From Longimicrobiales bacterium (GTDB taxonomy: Bacteria > Gemmatimonadota > Gemmatimonadetes > Longimicrobiales > Gaopeijiaceae), in NCBI GenBank assembly GCA_965202985.1, contig CBDBCF010000001.1:640001-704000 (forward strand): a stretch of DNA of 64,000 bases, read 5' to 3'. Below the pieces are notes generated by a model that saw nothing but the letters and a program-made list of their open reading frames with translations, made no database searches and was not told the DNA's origin. How positions within the stretch are numbered: position 1 is the first letter of the stretch; each line of letters starts with the position of its first letter. This document shows positions 1-9,605 of this stretch, piece after piece. A program made the translations under genes and the position numbers.

Positions 1-1055
1 GAAACGCAGCGGTCCTCGTAGTACTCGGTCTCCCGACCGACGTAGGACGCCGCCTTGGCGAAGACGCCCCAGTACTGCCGCGCGTCGATCTTGGGCAGAA
101 CCGTGTCGCGCAGGAGCTGCACCATCGACCTAGGCGCCGCCCCGGCGGCAACCACGATCGGCTTCGGCTGCGCATGGCGCTCGGGGTCCCATATGTAGCC
201 GCCACCCATCCGCAAACGGGAACCCAGCGGCGTCTCCTGCAAGAAGTCCAACAGCGAATCGTACCCGAACCAAGAGTCCCGATCCCCGAACGCGACCTTC
301 AGTTCGGCGTCCAGCGCCGACAGGGGAACGGCGATTCGGCTCTGCGCCACGAAGCGGTCGGTGGCCTGCACGACCGGGGCGGGCTCCAGCGGTTGCGCAG
401 CCTCCGCCTCGTCCGCGGGGGCGGGCGCGACGAGTCCGCCGGAGGGTCGCAACAGGTACTTGAGGAAGTCGAAGCTGATGCTTGCCAGGTTGGTGTAGGC
501 GTGACTGGCGTTGCCGGCCGAGATGACCATCGTTCGCAGGTCGCGGGCCCGGAGGTGCTGCAGCAAGGGGGTGAAGTCCGCGTCGTCCGAGGCGATGATG
601 AACTCGTCGTACCGGTCCTGCGACTCCTCGGAGTACAGGCTGGCGAGCACGTCCACGACCATGCGGATGTCGGCGGCGTTCTTCATCCCGCTCGTCAGGG
701 CCGGACAGTCCACGACCTCGAAGCCGGAGAGAAGGAGCGCCTGTCGGAAGCGCGACAACGACAACCACTCGCCGTCGCCGCTGTCGTCCTTGACGCCTCC
801 CTTTGGATTGACATAGGCGCGCCAGAGGATGATCTCTCTCTCTTCGGCGCCCGGAGGCAGCTTCTCGTGGGTCAAGTCGGACAACCACTCGCAGAAGTTT
901 CGGGCCAGGGCGTCGGCCACTTCCGGTCTGCGAGTGTGCAATCCGTGGAACACGTTGTCGAAGTCGACGAACAGGGCCGACCGGATGCGAGTGCGCGGGG
1001 CCGGGGGGCGCTTTCGGAAGCGTTGCAGACGAAGTGCCGACAGCAGTTTCGGCAT
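1..1055 (-). CDS. NYN (LabA/DUF88, PIN-like) domain protein with probable OST-HTH/LOTUS-like region; 3' end runs off the window
   Basis: Not in the ORF track (no stop inside the window). Hand translation of the minus strand gives SALFVDFDNV...KNAADIRMVVD...YDEFIIASDDADFTPLLQHLR, then WFGYDSLLDFL. ATG at 1055; alternative in-frame ATG at 1142. Confidence 0.85.
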   Translation of the reverse strand, partial: MPKLLSALRLQRFRKRPPAPRTRIRSALFVDFDNVFHGLHTRRPEVADALARNFCEWLSDLTHEKLPPGAEEREIILWRAYVNPKGGVKDDSGDGEWLSLSRFRQALLLSGFEVVDCPALTSGMKNAADIRMVVDVLASLYSEESQDRYDEFIIASDDADFTPLLQHLRARDLRTMVISAGNASHAYTNLASISFDFLKYLLRPSGGLVAPAPADEAEAAQPLEPAPVVQATDRFVAQSRIAVPLSALDAELKVAFGDRDSWFGYDSLLDFLQETPLGSRLRMGGGYIWDPERHAQPKPIVVAAGAAPRSMVQLLRDTVLPKIDARQYWGVFAKAASYVGRETEYYEDRCV

Positions 1056-1197
1056 GAGCGGCTCCAGTAGGTCGTTCGGATGGGAAGCGCGACGGCAAGG
1101 CGGCTGGGGCGCGGGCGCGCCGAAGCATCGTGCCGGAAGCATGTAATAGTACGGCGCAAAGGGCGAATCGTCTTCCCCCCGAAGCCGCCCGAGTCCG

Positions 1198-2886
1198 TCA
1201 GCGACCGTCCCCTTCCAAGACGGGGGGCGTCCGCGCGTGGGCGGCCTGCTCTAAGTCGTAGGCGTACGCCAGCAGAGCGCCGTCGGTCCAGAGGTCACCG
1301 ACGAAGGCGACCGCGAACGGTGTGCCGTCGTCGTAGTAGGAGAACGGAACGGTCACCGTGGGGAACCCCAGGTCGTTCACGATGTTGCTCGGAAGCTCCG
1401 CGTGGTTGTTCGGCCGGTAGTCGGGGCTTTCCGGGTCTTCCACCAAGGGCCGAATCGGCTCTCCGGCTTGGGGAAAGAAAAGGCCGTCCAGCTCGTGCTC
1501 GCCCACCACCTCCCGAAAGAGCGCCCGCAGCTCGCGGCGCCACGCCTGATACGCGTCTCCCGCTTCGGTGGCCGTGGGCGCGGTCGGAGGTCGGCGCTCT
1601 TCCCGCCCCGCCCTGCCGCTTGGGAACGTCCGTCCCGCCAGGGCCTCCCATTCTTCCACGGTGCGAAAGGCGGCCCCTTCGCCCAGCCCCTGCAGGTAGA
1701 CGAGAAGGCCGTGGCTGGACACGGTGGGCACGGACGGGCGCTCGGCGTACAACTCCGTCCAGCCGCGCCCGGCGAACGGGTCTTCCACGACGACGGCGCC
1801 CCGGCCTCGCAAGACGCGGACGGCAGCCCGGTACCGCTCCTCGGTTTCGGGCGCCAGGGGCAGGAACGAGGTCCGCCAGCCGGGGCCGACCAGCCCGAAG
1901 CGCCGGCCCTGCAGAGCGCTCCTGCTCAACCCGGCTGCGTATCCGCCTTCGGGCGTTCGACCGGCGCCGGCGAAGGTGGCCGGGTCTTCCGTCGTGGGAC
2001 CGACGATGGCGTCCAGCACCCACGCGGCGTCCCGCACGGTGCGGGCCAGCGGTCCCACCACGTCGCGGTAGGTGGCGTCGATGGGAAGCACGCCCTCCAG
2101 CGGCGCCAAGCCAAACGACGGCTTTACCCCGACCAGGGCCTGCGCCGCTGCCGGGTTCTGGATGGAGCCGCCCGTCTCGGTCCCCAGCCCCAGCACGGCG
2201 AAGCTGGCGTTCACCGCCGTCGCCGTTCCACCGCTGGACCCGCCCGGCACGCGGTCCACGGCGTACGGGTTCAGCGTCTCGCCGGCCGCGGTGCTGCGGG
2301 TCCGGGTTCCGTGGCCAGCGAAGTCCGGCAGGTTGGTCTTGCCCAGGACGACCGCGCCGGCGTCCAGCAGGCGCTCGACCGCCGCCGCGTGGTCGCCCGG
2401 GATCATGTCCACCCCTCCCGCGGCGGCGCTGAAGCCCTCGAAACCGGCCGTGGTCACCAGCCCAGCGTAGTCCATGTTGTCCTTGATCACCACGGGTACG
2501 CCGTGGAGCGGTCCGCGGGGACCCCGCGCTCGATACTCGCGGTCCAGCGCCTCGGCCTGGGCCAGGGCCTCCGGGTTCATGGACACGAAGGCGTTGTATC
2601 GGTCCTCGTAGCGGGCGATTCGGTCCAGGAAGGCCTGCACGAGCTGGACGATCGTGTAGCGGGACGCGCGGAGGTCGCGCTGCACTTGGTCGGCGGTGAG
2701 TTCCACCACGTCGATCGCGGTGTCGGGAACCGGTTGCTGCACCGGCGCGCCGTTCGCCGGATCGCCGGGGGCCAGATGCAGCCCGACGATCGCCCCCAGC
2801 GACAAGAGGCGCGCGGCCGACGGACATCCCGCGAGCGTGGCGACGAACCGCTTGCCGCGGCTTTCGCGAAGCGCGTCGGCTGACAT
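1198..2886 (-). CDS. Amidase signature family protein, probably exported
   Basis: GPLHGVPVVIKDN, GKTNLPDF, PGGSSGG and GTETGGSIQNPA motifs; hydrophobic N-terminus. Start taken at MSADAL. Confidence 0.9.
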   Translation of the reverse strand: MSADALRESRGKRFVATLAGCPSAARLLSLGAIVGLHLAPGDPANGAPVQQPVPDTAIDVVELTADQVQRDLRASRYTIVQLVQAFLDRIARYEDRYNAFVSMNPEALAQAEALDREYRARGPRGPLHGVPVVIKDNMDYAGLVTTAGFEGFSAAAGGVDMIPGDHAAAVERLLDAGAVVLGKTNLPDFAGHGTRTRSTAAGETLNPYAVDRVPGGSSGGTATAVNASFAVLGLGTETGGSIQNPAAAQALVGVKPSFGLAPLEGVLPIDATYRDVVGPLARTVRDAAWVLDAIVGPTTEDPATFAGAGRTPEGGYAAGLSRSALQGRRFGLVGPGWRTSFLPLAPETEERYRAAVRVLRGRGAVVVEDPFAGRGWTELYAERPSVPTVSSHGLLVYLQGLGEGAAFRTVEEWEALAGRTFPSGRAGREERRPPTAPTATEAGDAYQAWRRELRALFREVVGEHELDGLFFPQAGEPIRPLVEDPESPDYRPNNHAELPSNIVNDLGFPTVTVPFSYYDDGTPFAVAFVGDLWTDGALLAYAYDLEQAAHARTPPVLEGDGR

Positions 2887-3014
2887 CTTCCGCCTTCCGT
2901 GACGATCGGTCCTTTGGGGGGTCCTGCGCCTGCTCGCCCGCAACTTGCCGTCGCGGGAACGCCGGCGCTACCCTGGAGTCCCCTTGTCGCCCCCGCCAGG
3001 AGCCGAATCCGCCC

Positions 3015-3596
3015 ATGCTCGACCGATTTCATGCCGCCGCGCCCTTTCGCGCGTACCTGGACTCCGTTCGCGAGAACCAGGACCTGTGGAGGGGCGTGTA
3101 CGACCGGGCGCGCCTCCCGGCCAAAGCCGGCGCCCAAGCCCGGGCCGTCCGAGGCGCGTGGCGGCTCTTGGCGTTGAGCGAAGACTGGTGCGGAGACGCC
3201 GCCAACATCCTGCCCGTCGCGGCCCGGCTGGCCGAATCGTCGCCCGACCTGGAACTGCGCGTCTTGTCGCGAGACGAGAACCTGGACCTCATGGACGCCC
3301 ACCTGACCAACGGGCGAAGCCGCTCGATCCCCGTGATCATGCTGCTGGACGTGGACGGCCGCGAGAGGGGCTGGTGGGGCCCCCGTCCGGCGTCTCTTCA
3401 GAAGTGGGTCATGGAAGAGGGCATGAAGATGGAGCCGGGTCCCCGCTACCGGGAGGTCCGGCGGTTCTACGCGCGCGACAAGGGCCAGTCGATCGTGGAG
3501 GAGCTGCTGGCGCTTCTTCGGAAGGCGGAGCAGGCCGACGTCGGCCCTCGGATGGCGGCCGAGCAACCAACGACCACAGCCGGAGTTGAAGCATGA
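3015..3596 (+). CDS. Thioredoxin family protein (Thioredoxin_9-like)
   Basis: LALSEDWCGDA, SRDENLDLMD, SIPV and WGPRP motifs. Confidence 0.85.
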   Translation: MLDRFHAAAPFRAYLDSVRENQDLWRGVYDRARLPAKAGAQARAVRGAWRLLALSEDWCGDAANILPVAARLAESSPDLELRVLSRDENLDLMDAHLTNGRSRSIPVIMLLDVDGRERGWWGPRPASLQKWVMEEGMKMEPGPRYREVRRFYARDKGQSIVEELLALLRKAEQADVGPRMAAEQPTTTAGVEA

Positions 3597-5029
3597 ACAG
3601 ACGGTGCGACCAAGTGGTCCCGGGATGTTTCGGCGTCCGGATTCGATGGGCGTTGCGGGTGCGCGTCGCGTTTCTCCTGGCCTGCTTGGCCGGGTTCGCG
3701 CAGGCGGACGCGGGGGCGGCCCTTGCCCAAACGCGCGACTACGACGCCGCCCGCCCGTTCGGCACGCTCCGGGAACAAGCCGCCGTACAGCAGGGCTGGC
3801 TGCGGGAGCGGCTCGAGAAGAACCTGCCCATGCTCATGCGCAAGCACGGCGTGGACATGTGGGTCGTGACCATGCGCGAGTACAACGAGGACCCCGTGTT
3901 TCGCGCGCTGGTGTCGCCCACCACGTTCGCCGCCCGTCGTCGCACGATCTACGTCTTCCACGATCGGGGACCGGAGGCGGGGGTGGAGCGGCTGGCCTTG
4001 GGCGGCACGTCGCAGGGGGGCGTTTACGAGGCGGTGCGCGCCACGACGGAGGCGCCCGACGGCAGGGCCGCCGAGCTGTGGGGCAGGGACCAGTGGGACC
4101 TGTTCGCAACGATGGTCCGCGAGCGGGATCCACGGCGGATCGCCGTCAACATCTCCCACGACCACAACTTCGCCGACGGACTTTCGGCGGGCGAATGGGA
4201 GCAGATGGAGGCGGCGATGGGGTCGGAGTTGGCCGAGCGCGTCGTGCGCGAGCCGTTGCTGGCGATCGAGTACCTGGCCAGGCGCGTGCCGGGCATGATC
4301 CCCGTGTACAGGCGAATGCAGGCGATCGTGCACGACATCATCGGGACGGCGTTCTCGGAGGTGGTGATCGTGCCCGGCCGGACGACCACCGAGGACGTCG
4401 TGTGGTGGATGCGCCAGCGGGTGCACGACTTGGGACTGGACTCGTGGTTCCAGCCGTCGGTTTCGGTGCAGAGGCGCGGCGTGGCAATGGCCGACTCGGT
4501 GGCGCCGGTGATCCTGCGCGGCGACGTCCTCCACTGCGACTTCGGACTGGTCGCCCTTGGAATGGCGACGGACACCCAGCATATGGCCTACGTCCTGCGG
4601 GCGGGAGAGACGGAGGCGCCCGAGGGGCTTCGGCGGGCGCTGGTCAACTCCAATCGCCTTCAGGACATCTTGTTCGAGGAGACGCGCGTGGGCCGCACGG
4701 GCAACGAGGTGCTGGCGTCGGTGCTGGACAAGATGCGCGCCAAAGGCTTGAACGGGACCATGTACACGCATCCGATCGGCGACCACGGTCACGGGGCCGG
4801 TCCGCTCATCGGCCTGTGGGACTACCAGACCGGCGTGCCCGGGCGGGGCGACCCGTTCGTGATCCCCGGCATGTGGTTCTCCACCGAGCTGCAGGTGACG
4901 ACGCCGGTTCCCGAGTGGGACGGACAGCCGGTGCGCATGGCCCAAGAGGAGGAAGCCGAAGTCACGCTGGACGGGGAGATCCGCTGGATGCTGCGACGCC
5001 AGACGGAGTTGCACCTGATCCGCCAGTGA
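3593..5029 (+). CDS. M24 family (Xaa-Pro) metallopeptidase with signal peptide
   Basis: GDVLHCDFG, TDTQH, HPIGDHGHGAGP, STE and QEE metal-site motifs; ATGA overlap with the upstream gene. Confidence 0.88.
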   Translation: MNRRCDQVVPGCFGVRIRWALRVRVAFLLACLAGFAQADAGAALAQTRDYDAARPFGTLREQAAVQQGWLRERLEKNLPMLMRKHGVDMWVVTMREYNEDPVFRALVSPTTFAARRRTIYVFHDRGPEAGVERLALGGTSQGGVYEAVRATTEAPDGRAAELWGRDQWDLFATMVRERDPRRIAVNISHDHNFADGLSAGEWEQMEAAMGSELAERVVREPLLAIEYLARRVPGMIPVYRRMQAIVHDIIGTAFSEVVIVPGRTTTEDVVWWMRQRVHDLGLDSWFQPSVSVQRRGVAMADSVAPVILRGDVLHCDFGLVALGMATDTQHMAYVLRAGETEAPEGLRRALVNSNRLQDILFEETRVGRTGNEVLASVLDKMRAKGLNGTMYTHPIGDHGHGAGPLIGLWDYQTGVPGRGDPFVIPGMWFSTELQVTTPVPEWDGQPVRMAQEEEAEVTLDGEIRWMLRRQTELHLIRQ

Positions 5030-6296
5030 TCCGGGCCCCGTCTGCGGCTCGCGCGGTGAACAGCTCGCTGCTGCGCGGCGGTCGGCCCAGCTGCGGGCCG
5101 TAGAATCGCTCCGACAGTGCATCCATGACCTTGGGCGCGGCGTTGGGACCGCACAGGGCTACGACGCAGCCGCCGAAGCCGGCGCCCGTCAGTCGCGCAC
5201 CGGCCGCGCCAGCGCCGACGGCCGTCGCCACGATCTGGTCCAGCTCCCGCGTGCTCGCCTCGTAGTCGTCCCGCAGGCTCTCGTGCGAGCGGACCATGAG
5301 GGCACCGAACTCCGTCATTCGCGAATCGGCCATGGCCGCTTGGGCCAACTCGACGCGCCGTGCCTCGGTCAGGACGTGACGGAAGCGGCGCAGCAGGACG
5401 GGCTCCAGGACGCGCCCGGCCCGCTCCAGCAGCTCGTCGATCTCGATCGGCGTCGCCGGGGCGGAGATCGCGGCGCCGGACGCGCTCGGGGCGTTGCCCG
5501 CGCGCGGAGACGCAACCGAACCGCAAGCAAGCGCGATCTCGGCGTAGGTCCGCGGCACGGGTGAAGGCGCTCCTGCACCGGCCGGCGGGGGCCATGCCGC
5601 CGTCATCCGCGCCAGCGCCGCCCGGCATTCGCGAGGCCGCGCGTTGTAGGCGTCCTGGGCGCCCCCGTCCCGAGCGGCCCGGGTCTTTTCGGCGTGCGCC
5701 AGCGAGAACGCAACCACCCATCGCCACCGGGCGGGGATCGCCACGGGCGTCACGCGCAGCGGCTCGAAGTTGATCCTAAGGGCGTGTCCACGCCGACCGC
5801 ACAGGCTGGCCGCCTGGTCCATGCCCCCGCCCTCCAACCCGGCGAAGCGCTCGGCCTTGGCCAGCAGGGCCGCCAGCTCCAGGCGCGGGACCTGCGCTCC
5901 GTTCGCGTCCAGCAGCCCCAGCGCCGACGCCACCACCAGCGCCGACGAAGACGAGAGCCCGGCCGCGACCGGCAAGCGGCCCCGGACGACGCCTTCGATT
6001 CCCCTTTCGAGGGCGACGCCATGGCCAGCCAAGCCACGAGCGGCGGCGCGGACGTAGTTCGACCAGTGCCCGTCTCGCGCGCGCTCGATCCGTCGGTCCA
6101 GCCGGAACGCGAAAGACAGAAATTGCCCGGCGGCTCCGGCCAGCCGCACCACGGGCTCGTCCAGCGGCCGAAACTCGATCTGCACGTCCCGGTCGATCGC
6201 CATCGGAAGGACGGGCAAGCCGTTGTAGTCGATGTGCTCGCCGATCAGGTTGACGCGCCCGGGAGCGGCCGCGCACCGGATCGAAGTTGCGTGCAC
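4962..6296 (-). CDS. galK: Galactokinase (GHMP kinase)
   Basis: APGRVNLIGEHIDYNG, PVAAGLSSSSA, GGMDQ, SHESLRDDYE and GARLTGAGFGGC motifs. Confidence 0.9.
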   Translation of the reverse strand: MHATSIRCAAAPGRVNLIGEHIDYNGLPVLPMAIDRDVQIEFRPLDEPVVRLAGAAGQFLSFAFRLDRRIERARDGHWSNYVRAAARGLAGHGVALERGIEGVVRGRLPVAAGLSSSSALVVASALGLLDANGAQVPRLELAALLAKAERFAGLEGGGMDQAASLCGRRGHALRINFEPLRVTPVAIPARWRWVVAFSLAHAEKTRAARDGGAQDAYNARPRECRAALARMTAAWPPPAGAGAPSPVPRTYAEIALACGSVASPRAGNAPSASGAAISAPATPIEIDELLERAGRVLEPVLLRRFRHVLTEARRVELAQAAMADSRMTEFGALMVRSHESLRDDYEASTRELDQIVATAVGAGAAGARLTGAGFGGCVVALCGPNAAPKVMDALSERFYGPQLGRPPRSSELFTARAADGARITGGSGATPSGVAASSGSPRPA

Positions 6297-8069
6297 CTAT
6301 GCGGTCGCCCGCGGCAGAACCCGAAACAGCCACGCGCCCGCCCCGATCGACACGCCCAAGGCCAGCGCGGCGGCCACCGGTCGGCCGTACAGCAGATAGC
6401 CCGTGCCGAAGAGCGCGCCGTAGACCAGGACGCAACCCAGGAACCACGCCAAGAACGCCGCAGTGACCGAAGAGCCGTCGTCTCCTTCCTCGGCGGCGCC
6501 TGCGTTCACGACCCGTCGCCACCCTTTGCCCAGGGGCCGGATCTTGTCGTAGAAGCGCTGCAGGGTCGCCTCGTCCTCGGGCGGCGTCGCAAAGGTTGCG
6601 GCGAGCCATCCGGCGGTCGTGACGGCAACGCCCACGACCAGCTGGACTTGCGTTGCGACGGGCTCGAAGCCCAGTGCGCCGTGGACCCACGCAAAGTAGA
6701 CGGCCACGAGAAAGGAAACGGTCATTCCGGTCAGCTCGCTCCAGACGTTGACCCGATACCAGAACCAGCGCAGCAAGAAGATCAGGCCCGTTCCCGCGCC
6801 GATCTGAAGCAGGATTTGGAACCCTTGTCCGGCCGTGTCCAGCTGCAACGCCACGGCCGCGCCGGCCACCATGAGCGCCACGGTGGACAGCCGCCCCGCC
6901 AGCACAAGTCGGCGTTCGTCGGCGTTCGGGTTCACGAAGCGCCGGTAGACGTCGTTGACCACGTACGACGCGCCCCAGTTGAGCTGCGTGCTGACGGTGG
7001 ACATGTAGGCGGCGGCCAACGACGCCACCACCAAGCCCAGCAGCCCCGCGGGCAGAAACACCAGCATGGCCGGATAGGCCAAGTCGTTGCCCACCAGGGA
7101 CGGGTCCAAGTTCGGAAAGCGCGCCCGAATGTCCGACAACTCCGGATACACGACCATGGAGCAGAGCGCCACGACGATCCACGGCCAGGGCCGGAGGCCG
7201 TAGTGCGCCACGTTGAACCACAGGGTCGCCTTCATGGACTCCCGCTCGTTCTTGGCGGCGAGCATCCGCTGGGCCACGTAGCCGCCGCCCCCCGGCTCGG
7301 CGCCGGGATACCACGCGCTCCACCACTGAACCGCAACGGGGATCACGAAGATCGCCGCCGCGGTGGACCAGTCGGAAAAGTCGGGCAGGAAGTTCATGGC
7401 GTCGCGCACGCCGGGGTTCGCGAGCAGGCCGCTCAGGCCGCCCACCTCGGGCTGCGCGAGCGAGAACCACGCCGCGGCCAAGGAGCCCGCCATGGCGACC
7501 ACGAAGAGGATCAAATCGGTGGCGACCACGCCCCAGAGACCGGAGGTGGCCGAATAGAGCATGGCTACGGACCCGGCGACCAGCACCGTCGCGAGAGGGT
7601 CCAGTCCCAGGAGCACGCCCCCGATCTTGGTCGCCGCCAGAGTGACCGTGGCGATGATCATCACGTTGTAGAAGACGCCCAGGTACAGGGCCCTGAACCC
7701 GCGCAAGAACGCCGCCGGGCGTCCCGAATAGCGCAACTCGTAGAACTCGATGTCGGTGAGCGCGCCCGACCGCCGCCACAGCTTGGCGTAGAAGAAGACC
7801 GTGCACATGCCCGTGATCAGGAACGCCCACCACGACCAGTTCTTGGCCACGCCGCCGTCCCGGACGAAGTCGGACACCAAGTTCGGCGTGTCGGTCGAAA
7901 ACGTGGTCGCCACCATCGAGGTGCCCAGCAGCCACCACGGAAGCTTGCGTCCCGACAGGAAGAATTCGCCGGCCCCCGCACCTGCGCGCCGCGCAAAACG
8001 CAGCCCGATGGCAAGGGCGCCGAGGCCGTACAGAGCAATGACGAACCAGTCGAGCGGTGCGAGTTGCAT
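6297..8069 (-). CDS. Sodium:solute symporter family protein
   Basis: EFFLSGRKLPWW, SMVATTFSTDTP, ELRY, QRMLAAK and AAYMST motifs, with many TM segments. Start at MQLAPLD. Confidence 0.92.
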   Translation of the reverse strand: MQLAPLDWFVIALYGLGALAIGLRFARRAGAGAGEFFLSGRKLPWWLLGTSMVATTFSTDTPNLVSDFVRDGGVAKNWSWWAFLITGMCTVFFYAKLWRRSGALTDIEFYELRYSGRPAAFLRGFRALYLGVFYNVMIIATVTLAATKIGGVLLGLDPLATVLVAGSVAMLYSATSGLWGVVATDLILFVVAMAGSLAAAWFSLAQPEVGGLSGLLANPGVRDAMNFLPDFSDWSTAAAIFVIPVAVQWWSAWYPGAEPGGGGYVAQRMLAAKNERESMKATLWFNVAHYGLRPWPWIVVALCSMVVYPELSDIRARFPNLDPSLVGNDLAYPAMLVFLPAGLLGLVVASLAAAYMSTVSTQLNWGASYVVNDVYRRFVNPNADERRLVLAGRLSTVALMVAGAAVALQLDTAGQGFQILLQIGAGTGLIFLLRWFWYRVNVWSELTGMTVSFLVAVYFAWVHGALGFEPVATQVQLVVGVAVTTAGWLAATFATPPEDEATLQRFYDKIRPLGKGWRRVVNAGAAEEGDDGSSVTAAFLAWFLGCVLVYGALFGTGYLLYGRPVAAALALGVSIGAGAWLFRVLPRATA

Positions 8070-8083
8070 GGGGCGTCCTTGGT

Positions 8084-9019
8084 CTATGCCGGGGCGCCGA
8101 GCGGCCGCCCCCACAAGCGACGAGGGTAGACTCCGGATTCTACCATGGCTTGCAGGGCCGCGGCTACGCGGTCGCGGTCGCGGGGAAAGGTGACGCCCAT
8201 CCAAGTTGCGCGCGTGGGCAGGACCGAAACACGAACCCGGCGGGCGGCGATCAAGTCGTTCACGGCTTCCGTGAGGTAGAACTCGGCGTCGGGGCCCGGG
8301 CCGGCCCGGAGGAAGGCGGCGAAGCGCTCGGCGAGCAGGGGAACGATCTCGGGCGCAAACCCCCACAGGTTGGTGCACACGAGCGCATCCAGGTCGGTCT
8401 CCACCGGGGCGCCCGTCGGGTCCCGGCCCACGACGCGGCTGCCGCGGCGATGCAGTTCCAGCCCTTCGACGAGCCCCTTCAGCGTCCCGTTCGGGCCAAC
8501 CCGGCAGAGACCTCTGGACACGCCTCCCGCCGCCGAGAGCGTGGCCCGCAACGGATAGGCGACCGTGCATGCGGGCACAGGCCGGGCGTCCGGCGCCTCC
8601 CACAGACCGCGCGCCACTGTCGCGTACGCCTCTCGTCCGTAGAAGTCGTCGGCGTTGCAGACCGCAAACGGGCCAACGATGCGATCCTTGGCCGACAGGA
8701 CCGCGAAGCCGGTGCCCCAAGGCTTCGCGCGACGTCGCGCTTCCTGGCAGCAAAACTCCACGCGCAGACCGGCCTGGCGAGCCGGCGCCACGTGAGCCTC
8801 GAATGCGTCGCGCATCGCCTCTTGGACGACGAGCACGAAGCCGCCGAACCCTGCCAGCGCTCCGTCGTAGAAGGCGTAGTCCAGCAGGGCTTCGCCGCCG
8901 GGACCCAGCGCCTCCAGCTGCTTCGGCCGGCCAAAGCGCGTGGACCGACCGGCTGCAAGAACGACCAGAATCGGTGCGGCGCCGGCCGGCCGCGCACCAT
9001 CACGACTGGCCGACGCCAC
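8084..9019 (-). CDS. Sugar-phosphate nucleotidyltransferase
   Basis: LVVLAAGRSTRFGRPKQL, KPWGTG, NADDFYG and WMGVT motifs; GTG start after AAGGA. Confidence 0.85.
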   Translation of the reverse strand: MASASRDGARPAGAAPILVVLAAGRSTRFGRPKQLEALGPGGEALLDYAFYDGALAGFGGFVLVVQEAMRDAFEAHVAPARQAGLRVEFCCQEARRRAKPWGTGFAVLSAKDRIVGPFAVCNADDFYGREAYATVARGLWEAPDARPVPACTVAYPLRATLSAAGGVSRGLCRVGPNGTLKGLVEGLELHRRGSRVVGRDPTGAPVETDLDALVCTNLWGFAPEIVPLLAERFAAFLRAGPGPDAEFYLTEAVNDLIAARRVRVSVLPTRATWMGVTFPRDRDRVAAALQAMVESGVYPRRLWGRPLGAPA

Positions 9020-9048
9020 AGTCCTTCGTTCCGGTCCCGACGCGCCCG

Positions 9049-9546
9049 CTACTTTCGAGCTTCCAAGACTTCCTTGATGTCCTGCATGCGCTCCGACGTG
9101 ACCGCGTGCAGATCCTGAACGCGACCAGACGTCACGTCTCGCAGATCTTGAATCCTGTCCGACATGACGTCCTTCAAGGTGTCGATGTGGGCGGCAACCC
9201 GGCCCTCGACCTTGTCGATATGAGCGGCGACCCGATCCTCGCTCTTCTCGACCTGCGCCATGATGCGATCTTCGGTTCTCTCGATGTTCTTGCCGATCGC
9301 TTCGTGAGCTCGCGCCCCCTCGGCACGCACTTGGGCAATCGATTCCTTCACTTCCTGGAACTGCCTGTCCACGGACTCGAACCGCTTGTCCACGGACTCG
9401 AACTGCTTGTCCACGGATTCGAACCGCTTGTCCACGGACTCGCGCAAGTCGTCGATCCGCGTTGCCAGCCAACGGGCAATGGCAATTTGACTGCCGATGA
9501 TCGCTGCGAATGCGCCCAATGCTCCGAGTGTCGCTGCAAAATCCAT
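9049..9546 (-). CDS. Membrane-anchored coiled-coil protein with heptad and 11-residue repeats
   Basis: ATG at 9546 after AAGGAG; N-terminal hydrophobic helix, (ESVDKRF)x4, then about six 11-aa repeats. Confidence 0.75.
   Translation of the reverse strand: MDFAATLGALGAFAAIIGSQIAIARWLATRIDDLRESVDKRFESVDKQFESVDKRFESVDRQFQEVKESIAQVRAEGARAHEAIGKNIERTEDRIMAQVEKSEDRVAAHIDKVEGRVAAHIDTLKDVMSDRIQDLRDVTSGRVQDLHAVTSERMQDIKEVLEARK
9358..9441. repeat. 4 x 21-bp intragenic tandem repeat
   Basis: Units of the type gaaccgcttgtccacggactc start at 9358, 9379, 9400 and 9421. Confidence 0.95.
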
Positions 9547-9605
9547 GTGCTTTTTCTCCTTTCGGACGGGTTGTCCCCGTCGCTTTGCGTGATGGCCGGT
9601 GCTCG

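Noticed and set aside
130..1128. Listed ORFs 130-1128(-) and 174-1070(+)
   Set aside because: Shadows of the NYN gene in the third minus-strand frame.
9358..9441. Possible CRISPR array
   Set aside because: Contiguous 21-bp units with no spacers, in frame within a CDS, and no cas genes in the window.
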